In this document: in pieces, positions 1 through 8,751 of the stretch
Position numbering within the stretch: position 1 is the stretch's first letter
How the letters are laid out: each line of letters begins with the position of its first letter
Sequence record: PP174317.1
From: Acinetobacter phage vB_AbaSt_W16
Direction: 5' to 3' (one strand)
DNA: 64,000 bases
Notes under the pieces: generated by a model
What the model saw: only the letters and a program-made list of their open reading frames with translations
What the model was told of the DNA's origin: nothing
Databases searched by the model: none
Program-made: the position numbers and the translations under genes

Positions 1-2
1 AT

Positions 3-33
3 AAAAAAGGAGAGCAATTGCTCTCCTTTTTTA
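3..33. terminator. GC-rich hairpin (ggagagcaattgctctcc) flanked by A and T runs, immediately downstream of hoc. Likely a bidirectional rho-independent terminator.
   Basis: Inverted repeat with flanking homopolymer runs, seen directly in the sequence. Confidence 0.6.
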
Positions 34-34
34 T

Positions 35-1441
35 TTAATAAATGATGCCAACTTCAAACGCAGATCGATGAATAATTCGACCATTACGAGATTCTTGAAC
101 ATCAACTTCAGGGAAGTCGTCTAGCATTTTTGCAAGAACTGCTAAATGGCAATAATATGGTGAATCTTCCTTTGTAGCGGATTTCCAATCTTTACCATCT
201 TTAGTTAATTTTTCAATAGCATCCATTACCCACCAGCCAGCCCAAATATACGCAGAATTACGTTGTGGCAAAGGATGAACATATACTAATGGGCATTCTT
301 CAGGAACTTCAATTGTTTTAACTGAAATAGCCAATTCATTAGAAGTTACGGTAACAGAATCATAATCAGTAGCAGAAACAGCAACAGTTAATTTTACAGT
401 TTCAGTGCCAGCTTCCGTAGGTGTTTTTGTTAAAGTATTTCCCGTAGAATTATCAGACCATTTATACTCAACAGTTGCACCTTCTGGTATCCCATTCACT
501 GCAGATGTTATTGTATATGATTCGCCTAATTTAATAACTGGCGTTTCAGTTGCAATAACAACCGTTGGAGACATAGTTTTATTTTTAATAGTAATTTGAA
601 CAGCATTTGATGTAGCTATGCCATCTTGATAGTTTGGTGCTTTAACGGTAACTTTACAAGTATATGATGTTTGGCTATTTTTAGCAGCTATAAGTGCAAT
701 ACTTTTGGTTTTATTTGTGCTAGCACTACCCCAATCATAATCAATAGTAGCACCTTCTGGCGCCCCAGTAACTTCACATGTTAAAGTATATTGATCGCCA
801 ATTGTAACGAGTTCTTTATCCGTAGTAAGAAGAACTGTTAAATTCATAACGTTGTCTTCAACAGTTAAAGTAACAGTGTCTTCGGCTATTGAATCTTCAG
901 TATCTTGAGCCTTTGTTGTTGCTATTACCTTAACAGAATATGTTCCTGCTTTTGCGGGCTTATACGTCATTGTTGATGCGGTTGAATCTTGTGCAGCACC
1001 ATCTACAGTCCAAACATATGTTGTAATAGCATCAGGAATTTCTTCGGTACCACTGACTGTTGCAGTGAATAACTGCGATTTTCCTGTTGCAATTGATGCA
1101 GCGACTGGCGTAATTTTTACTGTTGTTGCCATTATTCTAGGCTCCGTTGTCATTGTGAATGATTTTTCTAATGTTAGTTCTTGATTGACGTAATCAGGAT
1201 GAGATAATTTTATAACACCTTTAATTGTGTGTTTACCAGGATGAGTAGCCGGTATAGCTAATTCATTTTCTTTAATAGATTCAACAATATTATTATCCAA
1301 ATACCATATAGGCTTATGGATAGTTAATTCATCGGAATTTTCTATTAAATCAAGTCCAGTTATATTATGTACCGCAGTTAATAACTCACCCCAAGGCGAT
1401 AACTTTATCATTAAGATATACTGGAACTTCCGGTATATCAT
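35..1441 (-). CDS. hoc: Hoc, the highly immunogenic outer capsid protein. It has tandem Ig-like domains and a C-terminal capsid-binding domain. A probable internal start at 1132 is preceded by a GGAG ribosome-binding site.
   Basis: The C-terminus (PLVYVHPLPQRNSAYIWAGWWVMD...PEVDVQESRNGRIIH) matches the T4 Hoc capsid-binding region, and the protein has repeated ~90-aa Ig-like modules. The segment MATTVKITP...QLFTATVSG at ORF residue 104 resembles the T4 Hoc N-terminus. Confidence 0.85.
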   Translation of the reverse strand: MIYRKFQYILMIKLSPWGELLTAVHNITGLDLIENSDELTIHKPIWYLDNNIVESIKENELAIPATHPGKHTIKGVIKLSHPDYVNQELTLEKSFTMTTEPRIMATTVKITPVAASIATGKSQLFTATVSGTEEIPDAITTYVWTVDGAAQDSTASTMTYKPAKAGTYSVKVIATTKAQDTEDSIAEDTVTLTVEDNVMNLTVLLTTDKELVTIGDQYTLTCEVTGAPEGATIDYDWGSASTNKTKSIALIAAKNSQTSYTCKVTVKAPNYQDGIATSNAVQITIKNKTMSPTVVIATETPVIKLGESYTITSAVNGIPEGATVEYKWSDNSTGNTLTKTPTEAGTETVKLTVAVSATDYDSVTVTSNELAISVKTIEVPEECPLVYVHPLPQRNSAYIWAGWWVMDAIEKLTKDGKDWKSATKEDSPYYCHLAVLAKMLDDFPEVDVQESRNGRIIHRSAFEVGIIY

Positions 1442-1479
1442 GCACTATGATTTTACTAAATGCCATTATAACCTCTTAT

Positions 1480-1500
1480 AATGTGAAATTGGGACCGAGA
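1480..1500. terminator. Hairpin gggaccgagaaggtccc between the 237-aa gene and hoc.
   Basis: Perfect 6-7 bp inverted repeat in an intergenic gap. No strong T-run follows, so it may act as an attenuator or RNA-processing signal. Confidence 0.4.
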
Positions 1501-1512
1501 AGGTCCCATTTG

Positions 1513-2226
1513 TTATGATAACACAACAAAACTTGAATTTCGTGTTTCACGAATACGGACATAACCGTCACGTTTAATATAATAAATTAAACTATATATT
1601 GTATCATACCCGTATGCGTGCGGGAATGATGTTGGATTTGACATCCAATTTGGGTTTTGAACGATCCAATCATAAATCCAAAATGGTAAAGTCACATACG
1701 AATGTTGACCATGACCAAGCATTAATAATGTTGGAGAAAAGTTTTTAGGTAATGAATCTAAAACACTTTTGCGTTCTTCAAGAGCATCAGTTAATTTTTC
1801 AGTAAAATCTTCAGGTAATGAAGATTGATCAAGAGATGTCATTTGGGGTTGATTAAAAGCTTCTGCTAAATCTTCATGTGTTAAACCTTTATCTGGTTTA
1901 ATCTCTGACTGGTTTTCAATAACTTTAATATCTTCAACAATTGGGGAATCAACTAAAAGTTCAGGTTCTTCTTTAAACTCGCCCTGTAATGTACCATCAA
2001 CACTGGCTTGAATCATATCTGCAATTGATATACCTTCATTATCTTCAGGCATTGGCTCATTTGCTAGTTCTTCTAATTGAGCTTCAATATCAGCAACCAT
2101 CTTATCAAAAGATTGGTTTTTCTTAACAGTAATATTAAAGGTTTTAGCATATTCAACTAAAGCTACTTTTGATGCTTTTAAATCTTCAATTTCACGCAAT
2201 TCATTAATATAATTAACATCTATCAT
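1513..2226 (-). CDS. Hypothetical acidic protein. It sits where T4 inh (prohead protease inhibitor) lies, between hoc and uvsW.
   Basis: 237-aa ORF with a Glu/Asp-rich centre and an aromatic-rich C-terminus. Synteny only; I cannot confirm similarity to Inh. Confidence 0.5.
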   Translation of the reverse strand: MIDVNYINELREIEDLKASKVALVEYAKTFNITVKKNQSFDKMVADIEAQLEELANEPMPEDNEGISIADMIQASVDGTLQGEFKEEPELLVDSPIVEDIKVIENQSEIKPDKGLTHEDLAEAFNQPQMTSLDQSSLPEDFTEKLTDALEERKSVLDSLPKNFSPTLLMLGHGQHSYVTLPFWIYDWIVQNPNWMSNPTSFPHAYGYDTIYSLIYYIKRDGYVRIRETRNSSFVVLS

Positions 2227-2295
2227 AAGATTTCCTCTATGAGTTTTATTTTATTTAGCTAAATACATTTATACTTTTATAATGAGCAATGCACC

Positions 2296-3798
2296 ATGAC
2301 TGATATTAAAATTGAATTTTACAATTATAGTCATGTGAGAATTATTGCTAAACAATCGATTTTTAGAGAGCTTCGCGATTATTTTTCATATTTCGCAGAC
2401 GGATACCAATTTCATCCAAAATATGTATATGGTGATTGGGACGGAAAAATTAAGCTAATGGAACCAAATGGTTTATTACCATTTGGCCTCGTTAATCAAG
2501 TGGTAAAATTCTCACAAAATAATATGATGACTATTAGCATCCATCCGGATGTATCACATATAAATGATCTAGATAAAGAAGTATTTATGAATTGGATTGA
2601 TTCCAAAAAATATTTTTCTGGGTCGGATGAAATTTATCCACATTGGTACCAAATTGAAGCGGTTTACCAATCATTAGTTAATAAAAGACGCATTTTAAAT
2701 TTACCTACTTCTGCGGGTAAATCACTTATTCAAGCATTATTAACAAAATATACTTTAGAACATTCTGATCGATCTGTATTAATTATTGTACCTACGACAG
2801 CATTAGTAACTCAAATGAAAGATGATTTTGTAGATTATCGTTTATTTGAGCCGGAAGAAATTGCAGAAGTACGATCAGGTTCAAAAATGAAACACCAGCG
2901 AGTTGTTGTATCGACTTGGCAAAGTGCTGTTAAAAAACCTGCAGATTGGTTTAATCAATTTGGGATGCTATTACTTGATGAAATGCATTTAGCAATTGGA
3001 ACATCAATTTCTTCTATTATTAAAAAATTAGCATATTGCGAATATAAAATCGGCCTATCAGGTTCATTGCGTGATGGTAAAGCTAATTTAATGCAATATG
3101 TTGGTTTATTTGGAGAAATTTATTGCCCGGTTACTACTAAACAATTAATGGATACGGGACAAGTCTCACAACTTAAAATCAATGCGTTATTCTTAAAATA
3201 TCCTGAACGGTTTTCAAATGCTATTGCTTCTTTAGATTATAAAGAGGAAATTAAAGTCATTACAAATTCGGCTAGACGCACACAGTGGGTGGCCGGCCTT
3301 TCTACAAAATTGGCAAGTAGAAATGAAAATGTGTTTGTAATGTTTAAACATGTTGAACATGGTAAACGAATTTATGATGAAATTAAATCATTAGGCTATG
3401 AACATGTTTATTATGTATCTGGTGAAATTTCAACAGAGCAAAGGACATTTTTTAAAAAATTAGCGGAAGAAAATGCAGGTGTAATTATTGTTGCATCATA
3501 TGGTGTATTTTCAACAGGAATTTCAGTTAAAAATTTGCATCATGTAATTTTTGCACATCCCGTAAAATCTAAAGTAATTGTTCTTCAAACTGTTGGACGG
3601 GTACTAAGAAAACACAAGTCTAAGTCTCTTGCACAGATTTGGGATTTGATCGATGATTCATCCATGACTGTTGAGAGTCATGGAATGAAGAGACGTAAAA
3701 ACGTCAACTATGCATTAAAACATGGCATTGAGAGAATTGAGAGATATGGTATCGAACAATTTGATTATGTCATGAAAAATGTGAACTTTCTTGAATAA
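2296..3798 (+). CDS. uvsW: UvsW, an SF2 DNA/RNA-DNA helicase.
   Basis: Near-collinear similarity to T4 UvsW (502 aa). Helicase motifs are present: LNLPTSAGKS (Walker A), DEMH (DExH), VASYGVFSTGISVKNLHHV and QTVGRVLR. Confidence 0.95.
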   Translation: MTDIKIEFYNYSHVRIIAKQSIFRELRDYFSYFADGYQFHPKYVYGDWDGKIKLMEPNGLLPFGLVNQVVKFSQNNMMTISIHPDVSHINDLDKEVFMNWIDSKKYFSGSDEIYPHWYQIEAVYQSLVNKRRILNLPTSAGKSLIQALLTKYTLEHSDRSVLIIVPTTALVTQMKDDFVDYRLFEPEEIAEVRSGSKMKHQRVVVSTWQSAVKKPADWFNQFGMLLLDEMHLAIGTSISSIIKKLAYCEYKIGLSGSLRDGKANLMQYVGLFGEIYCPVTTKQLMDTGQVSQLKINALFLKYPERFSNAIASLDYKEEIKVITNSARRTQWVAGLSTKLASRNENVFVMFKHVEHGKRIYDEIKSLGYEHVYYVSGEISTEQRTFFKKLAEENAGVIIVASYGVFSTGISVKNLHHVIFAHPVKSKVIVLQTVGRVLRKHKSKSLAQIWDLIDDSSMTVESHGMKRRKNVNYALKHGIERIERYGIEQFDYVMKNVNFLE

Positions 3799-3800
3799 CA

Positions 3801-3827
3801 AAAAGGAGCCTAACGGCTCCTTTTTTA
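3801..3827. terminator. Bidirectional rho-independent terminator (ggagcctaacggctcc followed by T6).
   Basis: Hairpin plus T-run between the convergent genes uvsW (+) and the 106-aa ORF (-). Confidence 0.65.
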
Positions 3828-4145
3828 TACATATTCCTTTTCATCAACATAAAATTCAATGTATTTTTCAACATCTTTAGAAGTTGCATATGCTATTACA
3901 ACACCGCGCTTAAAGTCAAGTTCTTTGACTAAAAGACGTTCATGCCAAGGATCAACGGCCCAACCAAATGGAAATTTACGATATGGACAAACAAAGTGAA
4001 CATTACGTTCTTCAATTCCGTTAAACATTAAACCGGGTGAACCAACAAATTGAACAACCCAACGTTCAGACATATTACGTACTGTTGGTACGTCACATGT
4101 TAATTTTGTAGTTTCTGCACGAAATGAATTAACTTTGTTTGTCAT
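3825..4145 (-). CDS. Hypothetical protein, in the T4 uvsW.1/uvsY.-2 position.
   Basis: 106-aa ORF with no overlap on the coding strand and a plausible ribosome-binding site. Confidence 0.5.
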   Translation of the reverse strand: MTNKVNSFRAETTKLTCDVPTVRNMSERWVVQFVGSPGLMFNGIEERNVHFVCPYRKFPFGWAVDPWHERLLVKELDFKRGVVIAYATSKDVEKYIEFYVDEKEYV

Positions 4146-4168
4146 ATCAATTTTCTCACTTTTAAAAT

Positions 4169-4459
4169 TTAGGAAAGTTGTTCATCACATTCTTCGCAGA
4201 CTGTCATTTCTGCAATTTGATTGTGAACACGTGTATCAGGAGAGCACCAACAATCACAGTTTTCACACAAGAATGTGTATGTTTCTAAGGTGTCATTGTA
4301 AATTACAGAGTCTCGTAAATCTGTATCAAGCCCTAACTCTGTCAAAACACGTTTATGTGTTCGACCAAAGTCATCACTACAACCTTCAAGTTCATCACGA
4401 ATTTGTTCAAATTGTTCTTCAGTTGGTTGAATTAGATTTTCCATCATGTGCCTCATCAA
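4169..4459 (-). CDS. Hypothetical acidic protein with a C-terminal Cys cluster (CENCDCWC...CEEC), probably a zinc ribbon. The true start is probably an internal Met near 4447.
   Basis: ORF carrying a CxxC...CxxC arrangement. The track start is TTG; a GAGG ribosome-binding site precedes the downstream ATG ATG. Confidence 0.45.
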   Translation of the reverse strand: MMRHMMENLIQPTEEQFEQIRDELEGCSDDFGRTHKRVLTELGLDTDLRDSVIYNDTLETYTFLCENCDCWCSPDTRVHNQIAEMTVCEECDEQLS

Positions 4460-4646
4460 TTAATTCTAATAAACTGTTTAACTTATTAACAGCCAATGTT
4501 GTATGGCCATTTAATGACGGATGACCTTCATATGTTACCATTTTAGATGTGCACCCACATGCGCATGGTGTAAGAAGAGTTAGAATTTGATATCCGCGGT
4601 AAAACAATTCACCTGTCGGTGAAACTTTCATTGTAACTGTACGCAT
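4419..4646 (-). CDS. Hypothetical small protein containing a CACGC motif.
   Basis: 75-aa ORF preceded by a GGAG ribosome-binding site. Its 3' end overlaps the next ORF by about 40 nt. Confidence 0.4.
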   Translation of the reverse strand: MRTVTMKVSPTGELFYRGYQILTLLTPCACGCTSKMVTYEGHPSLNGHTTLAVNKLNSLLELIDEAHDGKSNSTN

Positions 4647-4718
4647 TTTAACTCCGGTACATTTAGTCGATAGAAGAATAATATCATCATTTAATTAAGA
4701 TGTAAACCTTCAAATATG

Positions 4719-4750
4719 AAAAAGCCACAATTAAGTGGCTTTCTTTTTAA
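4719..4750. terminator. Hairpin aaagccacaattaagtggcttt flanked by A/T runs.
   Basis: Inverted repeat seen directly. It lies between small minus-strand ORFs. Confidence 0.45.
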
Positions 4751-4910
4751 CATCTGTATTTTTACAGCATGGTACGAAATGTGAAATGTATACACCCTGA
4801 TCATGACAAGGACAATCACAGTGTTTAAGTTCTTCTTGAATACGGGCATTGCGCTTTTTGAAAAATACAGGCGCAATTATTGATAAGATTTGAACTACTG
4901 GAATAGCCAT

Positions 4911-5081
4911 TATAATAACAACTCCGTTTCAGCTAAAATATTATCTTGCTCGCTTTCAGAAAAAGGCATTTCAGTTACATGTTGATAACAATGGCCAGGA
5001 TGAACCGGACCATGCTCGGTTTCAATTACTAATGCATCGTCAATTGGGGCCTTACACACGGCACAAATACGTTGCTCCATA
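4911..5081 (-). CDS. Micro-ORF of about 56 aa encoding a Cys/His-rich protein (CAVC...HPGHC). Coordinates are approximate.
   Basis: Hand-translated from the minus strand; an AGGAG ribosome-binding site precedes the ATG. It is below the 60-aa cutoff of the ORF track. Confidence 0.3.
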
Positions 5082-5302
5082 TTATTCTCCTAATTAAGCA
5101 CCGATGGTGCTGTGGCTACGCCACAAAATATTATTTATAAAATTATTTCCTTTATATATTAGATAAATTAGATATGCTTCTATATTCTATCCCCTAGATA
5201 TATCCCAATGGCGCAGCCCGCATTATACAAGTATGTTATCATAAAATAAAAGAAAAGCAAATTAATGCTATATAAATAGCATTCTGACTGATCGGAAATT
5301 GA

Positions 5303-5698
5303 TCAACGTCCAGCGCCAGATAATTGTAATTTCAATTGTTCTAGTGTATCAGGATTATCTAGGATACTGAATAAGACTGTTACGATAATCGCATTGGCAT
5401 CATATTGTGCTTGCACATCAACTGAAAGTCTAACAACCCTTGGTTCATATCGTCTAATTGCCGATGTAATACTTTTTTCAATAGTATTGGCTGTTAAAGG
5501 TGTCATATTTTCAAATAAGCTATCACCAATATCACATCCGAATTCTGGATCAAATGGTTTCGATCCTTTAGGTGTAGTAATAATTCCAACTAAAGAATTT
5601 TTAACCGCTCGGGCCCCGACTGAAGATGACATGTCTCTATTCCATGCCATCTTCATATCGGGTGATATGTCTTTATACATATCATTAATATTTTGCAT
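5303..5698 (-). CDS. 25: Baseplate wedge subunit gp25 (gpW/lysozyme-like fold).
   Basis: Collinear with T4 gp25 (132 aa). Conserved segments include GIITTPKGSKPFDPEFGCD and FENMTPLTANT. Confidence 0.95.
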   Translation of the reverse strand: MQNINDMYKDISPDMKMAWNRDMSSSVGARAVKNSLVGIITTPKGSKPFDPEFGCDIGDSLFENMTPLTANTIEKSITSAIRRYEPRVVRLSVDVQAQYDANAIIVTVLFSILDNPDTLEQLKLQLSGAGR

Positions 5699-6342
5699 TA
5701 TAAAATCTCCATAAAGCTCTTAAACCCTTTTATAATATGAACATGTGATTTGCCACATGATTTACATTTAATTGGTACGGGTAAAACCGGTTTTGGTGTT
5801 AATAAAATATTTTTAATTTTTTGAAGGTGTTCTTCTGTTAATAATTCATATAAATCATTTAATTCAGTGTCATTTAAATCTTCAATATTAATACGTTCTG
5901 TGCCAATATAAATTGCTTCAATACATTCTACAATCATTTTAGTAATATTATCATCAGCCCAAAGCTTTGGCCAACGTAGTTTTAATTTAAATTTATCGAT
6001 TGGATATAATTCTTCAATTGATACATCATTATAATCAATATAAGTATGGCTAACATTTAATTTAACACTTTGTGTATGTCCACATTCGCATGTATAATCT
6101 TGCTGAACAATATCTTCATGTTCTGATGCTGCTATTAACATAATCAAAATTAATTCGGCTTGATGTTTTTCATTGTGCGTATACGATGTATTGTTCATTA
6201 AAATATCGGAATATGCTTTTTTCAATAATTCGGAATCTGCATTTAGTTTTGCCAAATTTAATGCAGTATGTTCTCTCAATGTATAAGTTTTAGCGTTAAC
6301 AGATTCGGTATCAAGATTGATCGATAATTTTTTTTCAAACAT
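5698..6342 (-). CDS. 26: Baseplate hub subunit gp26.
   Basis: 214 aa against 208 aa in T4. It lies between 25 and 51 as in T4 and contains Cys pairs. Confidence 0.75.
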   Translation of the reverse strand: MFEKKLSINLDTESVNAKTYTLREHTALNLAKLNADSELLKKAYSDILMNNTSYTHNEKHQAELILIMLIAASEHEDIVQQDYTCECGHTQSVKLNVSHTYIDYNDVSIEELYPIDKFKLKLRWPKLWADDNITKMIVECIEAIYIGTERINIEDLNDTELNDLYELLTEEHLQKIKNILLTPKPVLPVPIKCKSCGKSHVHIIKGFKSFMEIL

Positions 6343-6376
6343 GGTAATGTTCTGCCTATAAATGGGTATATATCTC

Positions 6377-6384
6377 TATTTATA
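6377..6384 (-). promoter_or_regulatory. T4-type late promoter TATAAATA on the minus strand, driving genes 26-25.
   Basis: Exact TATAAATA on the minus strand, 35 nt upstream of the gene 26 start. Confidence 0.6.
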
Positions 6385-6388
6385 AATA
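6381..6388 (+). promoter_or_regulatory. T4-type late promoter TATAAATA, driving genes 51-27-28-29-48-54.
   Basis: Exact TATAAATA 22 nt upstream of the gene 51 ATG. It overlaps the divergent minus-strand late promoter. Confidence 0.65.
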
Positions 6389-6409
6389 TTTTAATAAACG
6401 GAGACCTCT

Positions 6410-7165
6410 ATGGCTAATATTATTAGATGTAAATTACCAGACGGCGTTCATCGTTTCAAACCATTTACTGTTGCTGATTACCGTGACTTTTTACTGGTTA
6501 GAAATGATATGGTCAGTAAAGACGAAGAAGAACAAGAAGTTTTGGTGAATGAGCTTGCTGCAGATTATTTTGGTGAATACCCAGAATCATGGCAGCATTA
6601 TATTTTTTTACAAGCCTTTACGGGATCAATTGGTAAAACTAAAATTCCAATTGTATTTGAATGTCCTGTATGCGGCAAAAAAACAAAGCGATTATTTAAT
6701 TTGTCTCAGGGACCTTTAGATAACCCTAAAGTACAGTTAAATGACGATACTTATATTTCATTTAAATTTCCAGAAAATTTAGAAGACGAACCAAGTCAAT
6801 TGATATTAAAAAATGTAGATAAAATTGAATATCAAGGTTCTACTTATAATTGGATGGAATTATCGAAAGAAACACAAGATGCAATAATTTCAATGATTAA
6901 TTTTGAAAAGTTTGAAGCTATTGTTAAAATGTTAAAGCCCCTGCATTTTGAAATGAAATTAAAGTGCTGTGAAGAACATACCTTGGTTTATGATGATTTA
7001 TGTTCTATTTTTAAATTATTAATAAATCCTGACGAAGTATTTCCATTTTATGAAATTAATCATATCTTAATTAAAAATAATTATGATATTAATTCAATTA
7101 TGGCAATGCTTCCAGCAGAACGTTCAATTGCTTTATCTTTGATTGAAAAGGATAATAAAAAATGA
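6410..7165 (+). CDS. 51: Baseplate hub assembly catalyst gp51.
   Basis: 251 aa against 249 aa in T4. It has a CPVCGKK zinc-binding motif and matches T4 synteny. Confidence 0.8.
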   Translation: MANIIRCKLPDGVHRFKPFTVADYRDFLLVRNDMVSKDEEEQEVLVNELAADYFGEYPESWQHYIFLQAFTGSIGKTKIPIVFECPVCGKKTKRLFNLSQGPLDNPKVQLNDDTYISFKFPENLEDEPSQLILKNVDKIEYQGSTYNWMELSKETQDAIISMINFEKFEAIVKMLKPLHFEMKLKCCEEHTLVYDDLCSIFKLLINPDEVFPFYEINHILIKNNYDINSIMAMLPAERSIALSLIEKDNKK

Positions 7166-8751
7166 CAGTGCAACAAAAACCAGGATATCCTAACGTTAGT
7201 ATTAAGTTGTATGAAGATTATGATGCTTGGACGGATAATCGATTTGTAGAATTGGCTGCAACATTTACAACATTAACAATGCGTGATGGTCTATACGGAA
7301 GAAACGAAGGTATCTTGCAATTTTATGATAATAAAAATATGCATATGAAAATGGATGGAGATCAAATTGTTCAGATTTCATTATCTAATGCAAATTCTAA
7401 AGATGTAGTAACTCGATTATATGGTGTTAAAGATAGTTCTGTTTCTGTTGATTCTAAAGGCGATAATATTATTGCGTTTAATTTAGCACCCTTACATGTT
7501 GTTGAAAATGTGTTATTTAGCAGAGCATTTTTTGCTAATGCTACTGAAACTATTCAAACTATGATCGATTCAATTTATCAGAAACGTGCCGAGATTAAGC
7601 CTAAAGTAGAAGGTATTAACATTTATGTACCTCGTGTTGCTTGGGTTAATGGTATTACTGAATATATGGATTATGTTCGTGAAATTGGTATTTCTGTTGA
7701 TTCGGAAACACATGCCTTTGTTTGGGAAGATATTTCTGGTATTAATATTACTGATTATAAATTTTTAATTGATCAAAAACCTCGCGTTATGGTTGTCGGG
7801 GATCAAAAACAAGTCGGTTCTTATGTTCAGCATATGGAATATGGTCTGGCTTATGATTTTACATGGTTAACTAAAACAAATCGCAATATACGCAACCCTT
7901 TAACTGATGTTACAATATATTCACATTCATTTAATGATAAAGAAATTCAGCGTATTTCAATTGGAGAAGGTACAAATACTGTTGTTGTATCTCGTTCTGG
8001 TGGATATTCTGAAATGACATATCGTAATGGATATGAAGAGGCCTTTAGATTATTAACAATGGCCCAATATGATGGTTATGCTACATGCAAATTAGTTGGT
8101 GATTTTACTTTAACGCCTGGTGTCAAATTGAATTTCGGCGATCGTAAAAATCAATTCGCTACTGATTTTTATATTGATGAAGTCGTACATGTTATTACAA
8201 ATAATTCATCAGAGACACATTTATACATGTTTACTAATGGTAAAGACTTAGTTCCTGTTGAAATTGAAAAAATTAAAAATGAAATCGAAACTATCACACC
8301 GCCTTCAGATACAACACAACCAGAAGCGATGGGTGATAAGAAAGGTGCTCAATGGGATTTAGATAAATTGGCCGAAGTTGTCACAAGAAATGCTCAAGGA
8401 CGTAAAGCTACTGGTAAATGTGCATTGTATGTTCGTAAGGCATTACAGGCAGCACAATTGCAAAGTTTCTTTGCCGGTGGTTTAGGAAATGCAAATGAAA
8501 TGGCTAAACCTCTTGAAAATATGGGCTGGATTGCTGTTGGTCAAAATGTTAAAAACGTTAAAAAAGGCGATATTTCAATATTCATGAAAACTAATACCCC
8601 ATTAGGTTCACAGTATGGACATATTGCGATCTTTAATGGAAGTCAATGGGTGTCAGATTTTATTCAAAATAGTGTACAACCTAATTCAAAAGATAACTTA
8701 ACTTATACAGTTTATAGAGCACGTTATGGTTATAGTGCGGGAGGTAATTAA
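7162..8751 (+). CDS. 27: Baseplate hub subunit gp27 fused to a C-terminal CHAP (Cys/His amidohydrolase/peptidase) domain.
   Basis: The N-terminal ~390 aa sit in the gp27 position and are the right length. The C-terminal ~140 aa carry GKCALYV, KKGDISIF and GHIAIFNG, which is a CHAP/NlpC-P60-type Cys/His pattern. Confidence 0.8.
   Translation: MTVQQKPGYPNVSIKLYEDYDAWTDNRFVELAATFTTLTMRDGLYGRNEGILQFYDNKNMHMKMDGDQIVQISLSNANSKDVVTRLYGVKDSSVSVDSKGDNIIAFNLAPLHVVENVLFSRAFFANATETIQTMIDSIYQKRAEIKPKVEGINIYVPRVAWVNGITEYMDYVREIGISVDSETHAFVWEDISGINITDYKFLIDQKPRVMVVGDQKQVGSYVQHMEYGLAYDFTWLTKTNRNIRNPLTDVTIYSHSFNDKEIQRISIGEGTNTVVVSRSGGYSEMTYRNGYEEAFRLLTMAQYDGYATCKLVGDFTLTPGVKLNFGDRKNQFATDFYIDEVVHVITNNSSETHLYMFTNGKDLVPVEIEKIKNEIETITPPSDTTQPEAMGDKKGAQWDLDKLAEVVTRNAQGRKATGKCALYVRKALQAAQLQSFFAGGLGNANEMAKPLENMGWIAVGQNVKNVKKGDISIFMKTNTPLGSQYGHIAIFNGSQWVSDFIQNSVQPNSKDNLTYTVYRARYGYSAGGN

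Noticed and set aside
405-599. 64-aa plus-strand ORF inside hoc.
   Set aside because: It is antisense and fully embedded in a well-supported gene, with no ribosome-binding site or homology.
4135-4524. 129-aa plus-strand ORF overlapping the small minus-strand genes.
   Set aside because: It is antisense to two minus-strand ORFs, His/Cys-rich and low-complexity. It starts with TTG and has no terminator or promoter context.
5394-5714. 106-aa plus-strand ORF inside gene 25.
   Set aside because: It is entirely antisense to the strongly supported gp25. It starts with TTG.
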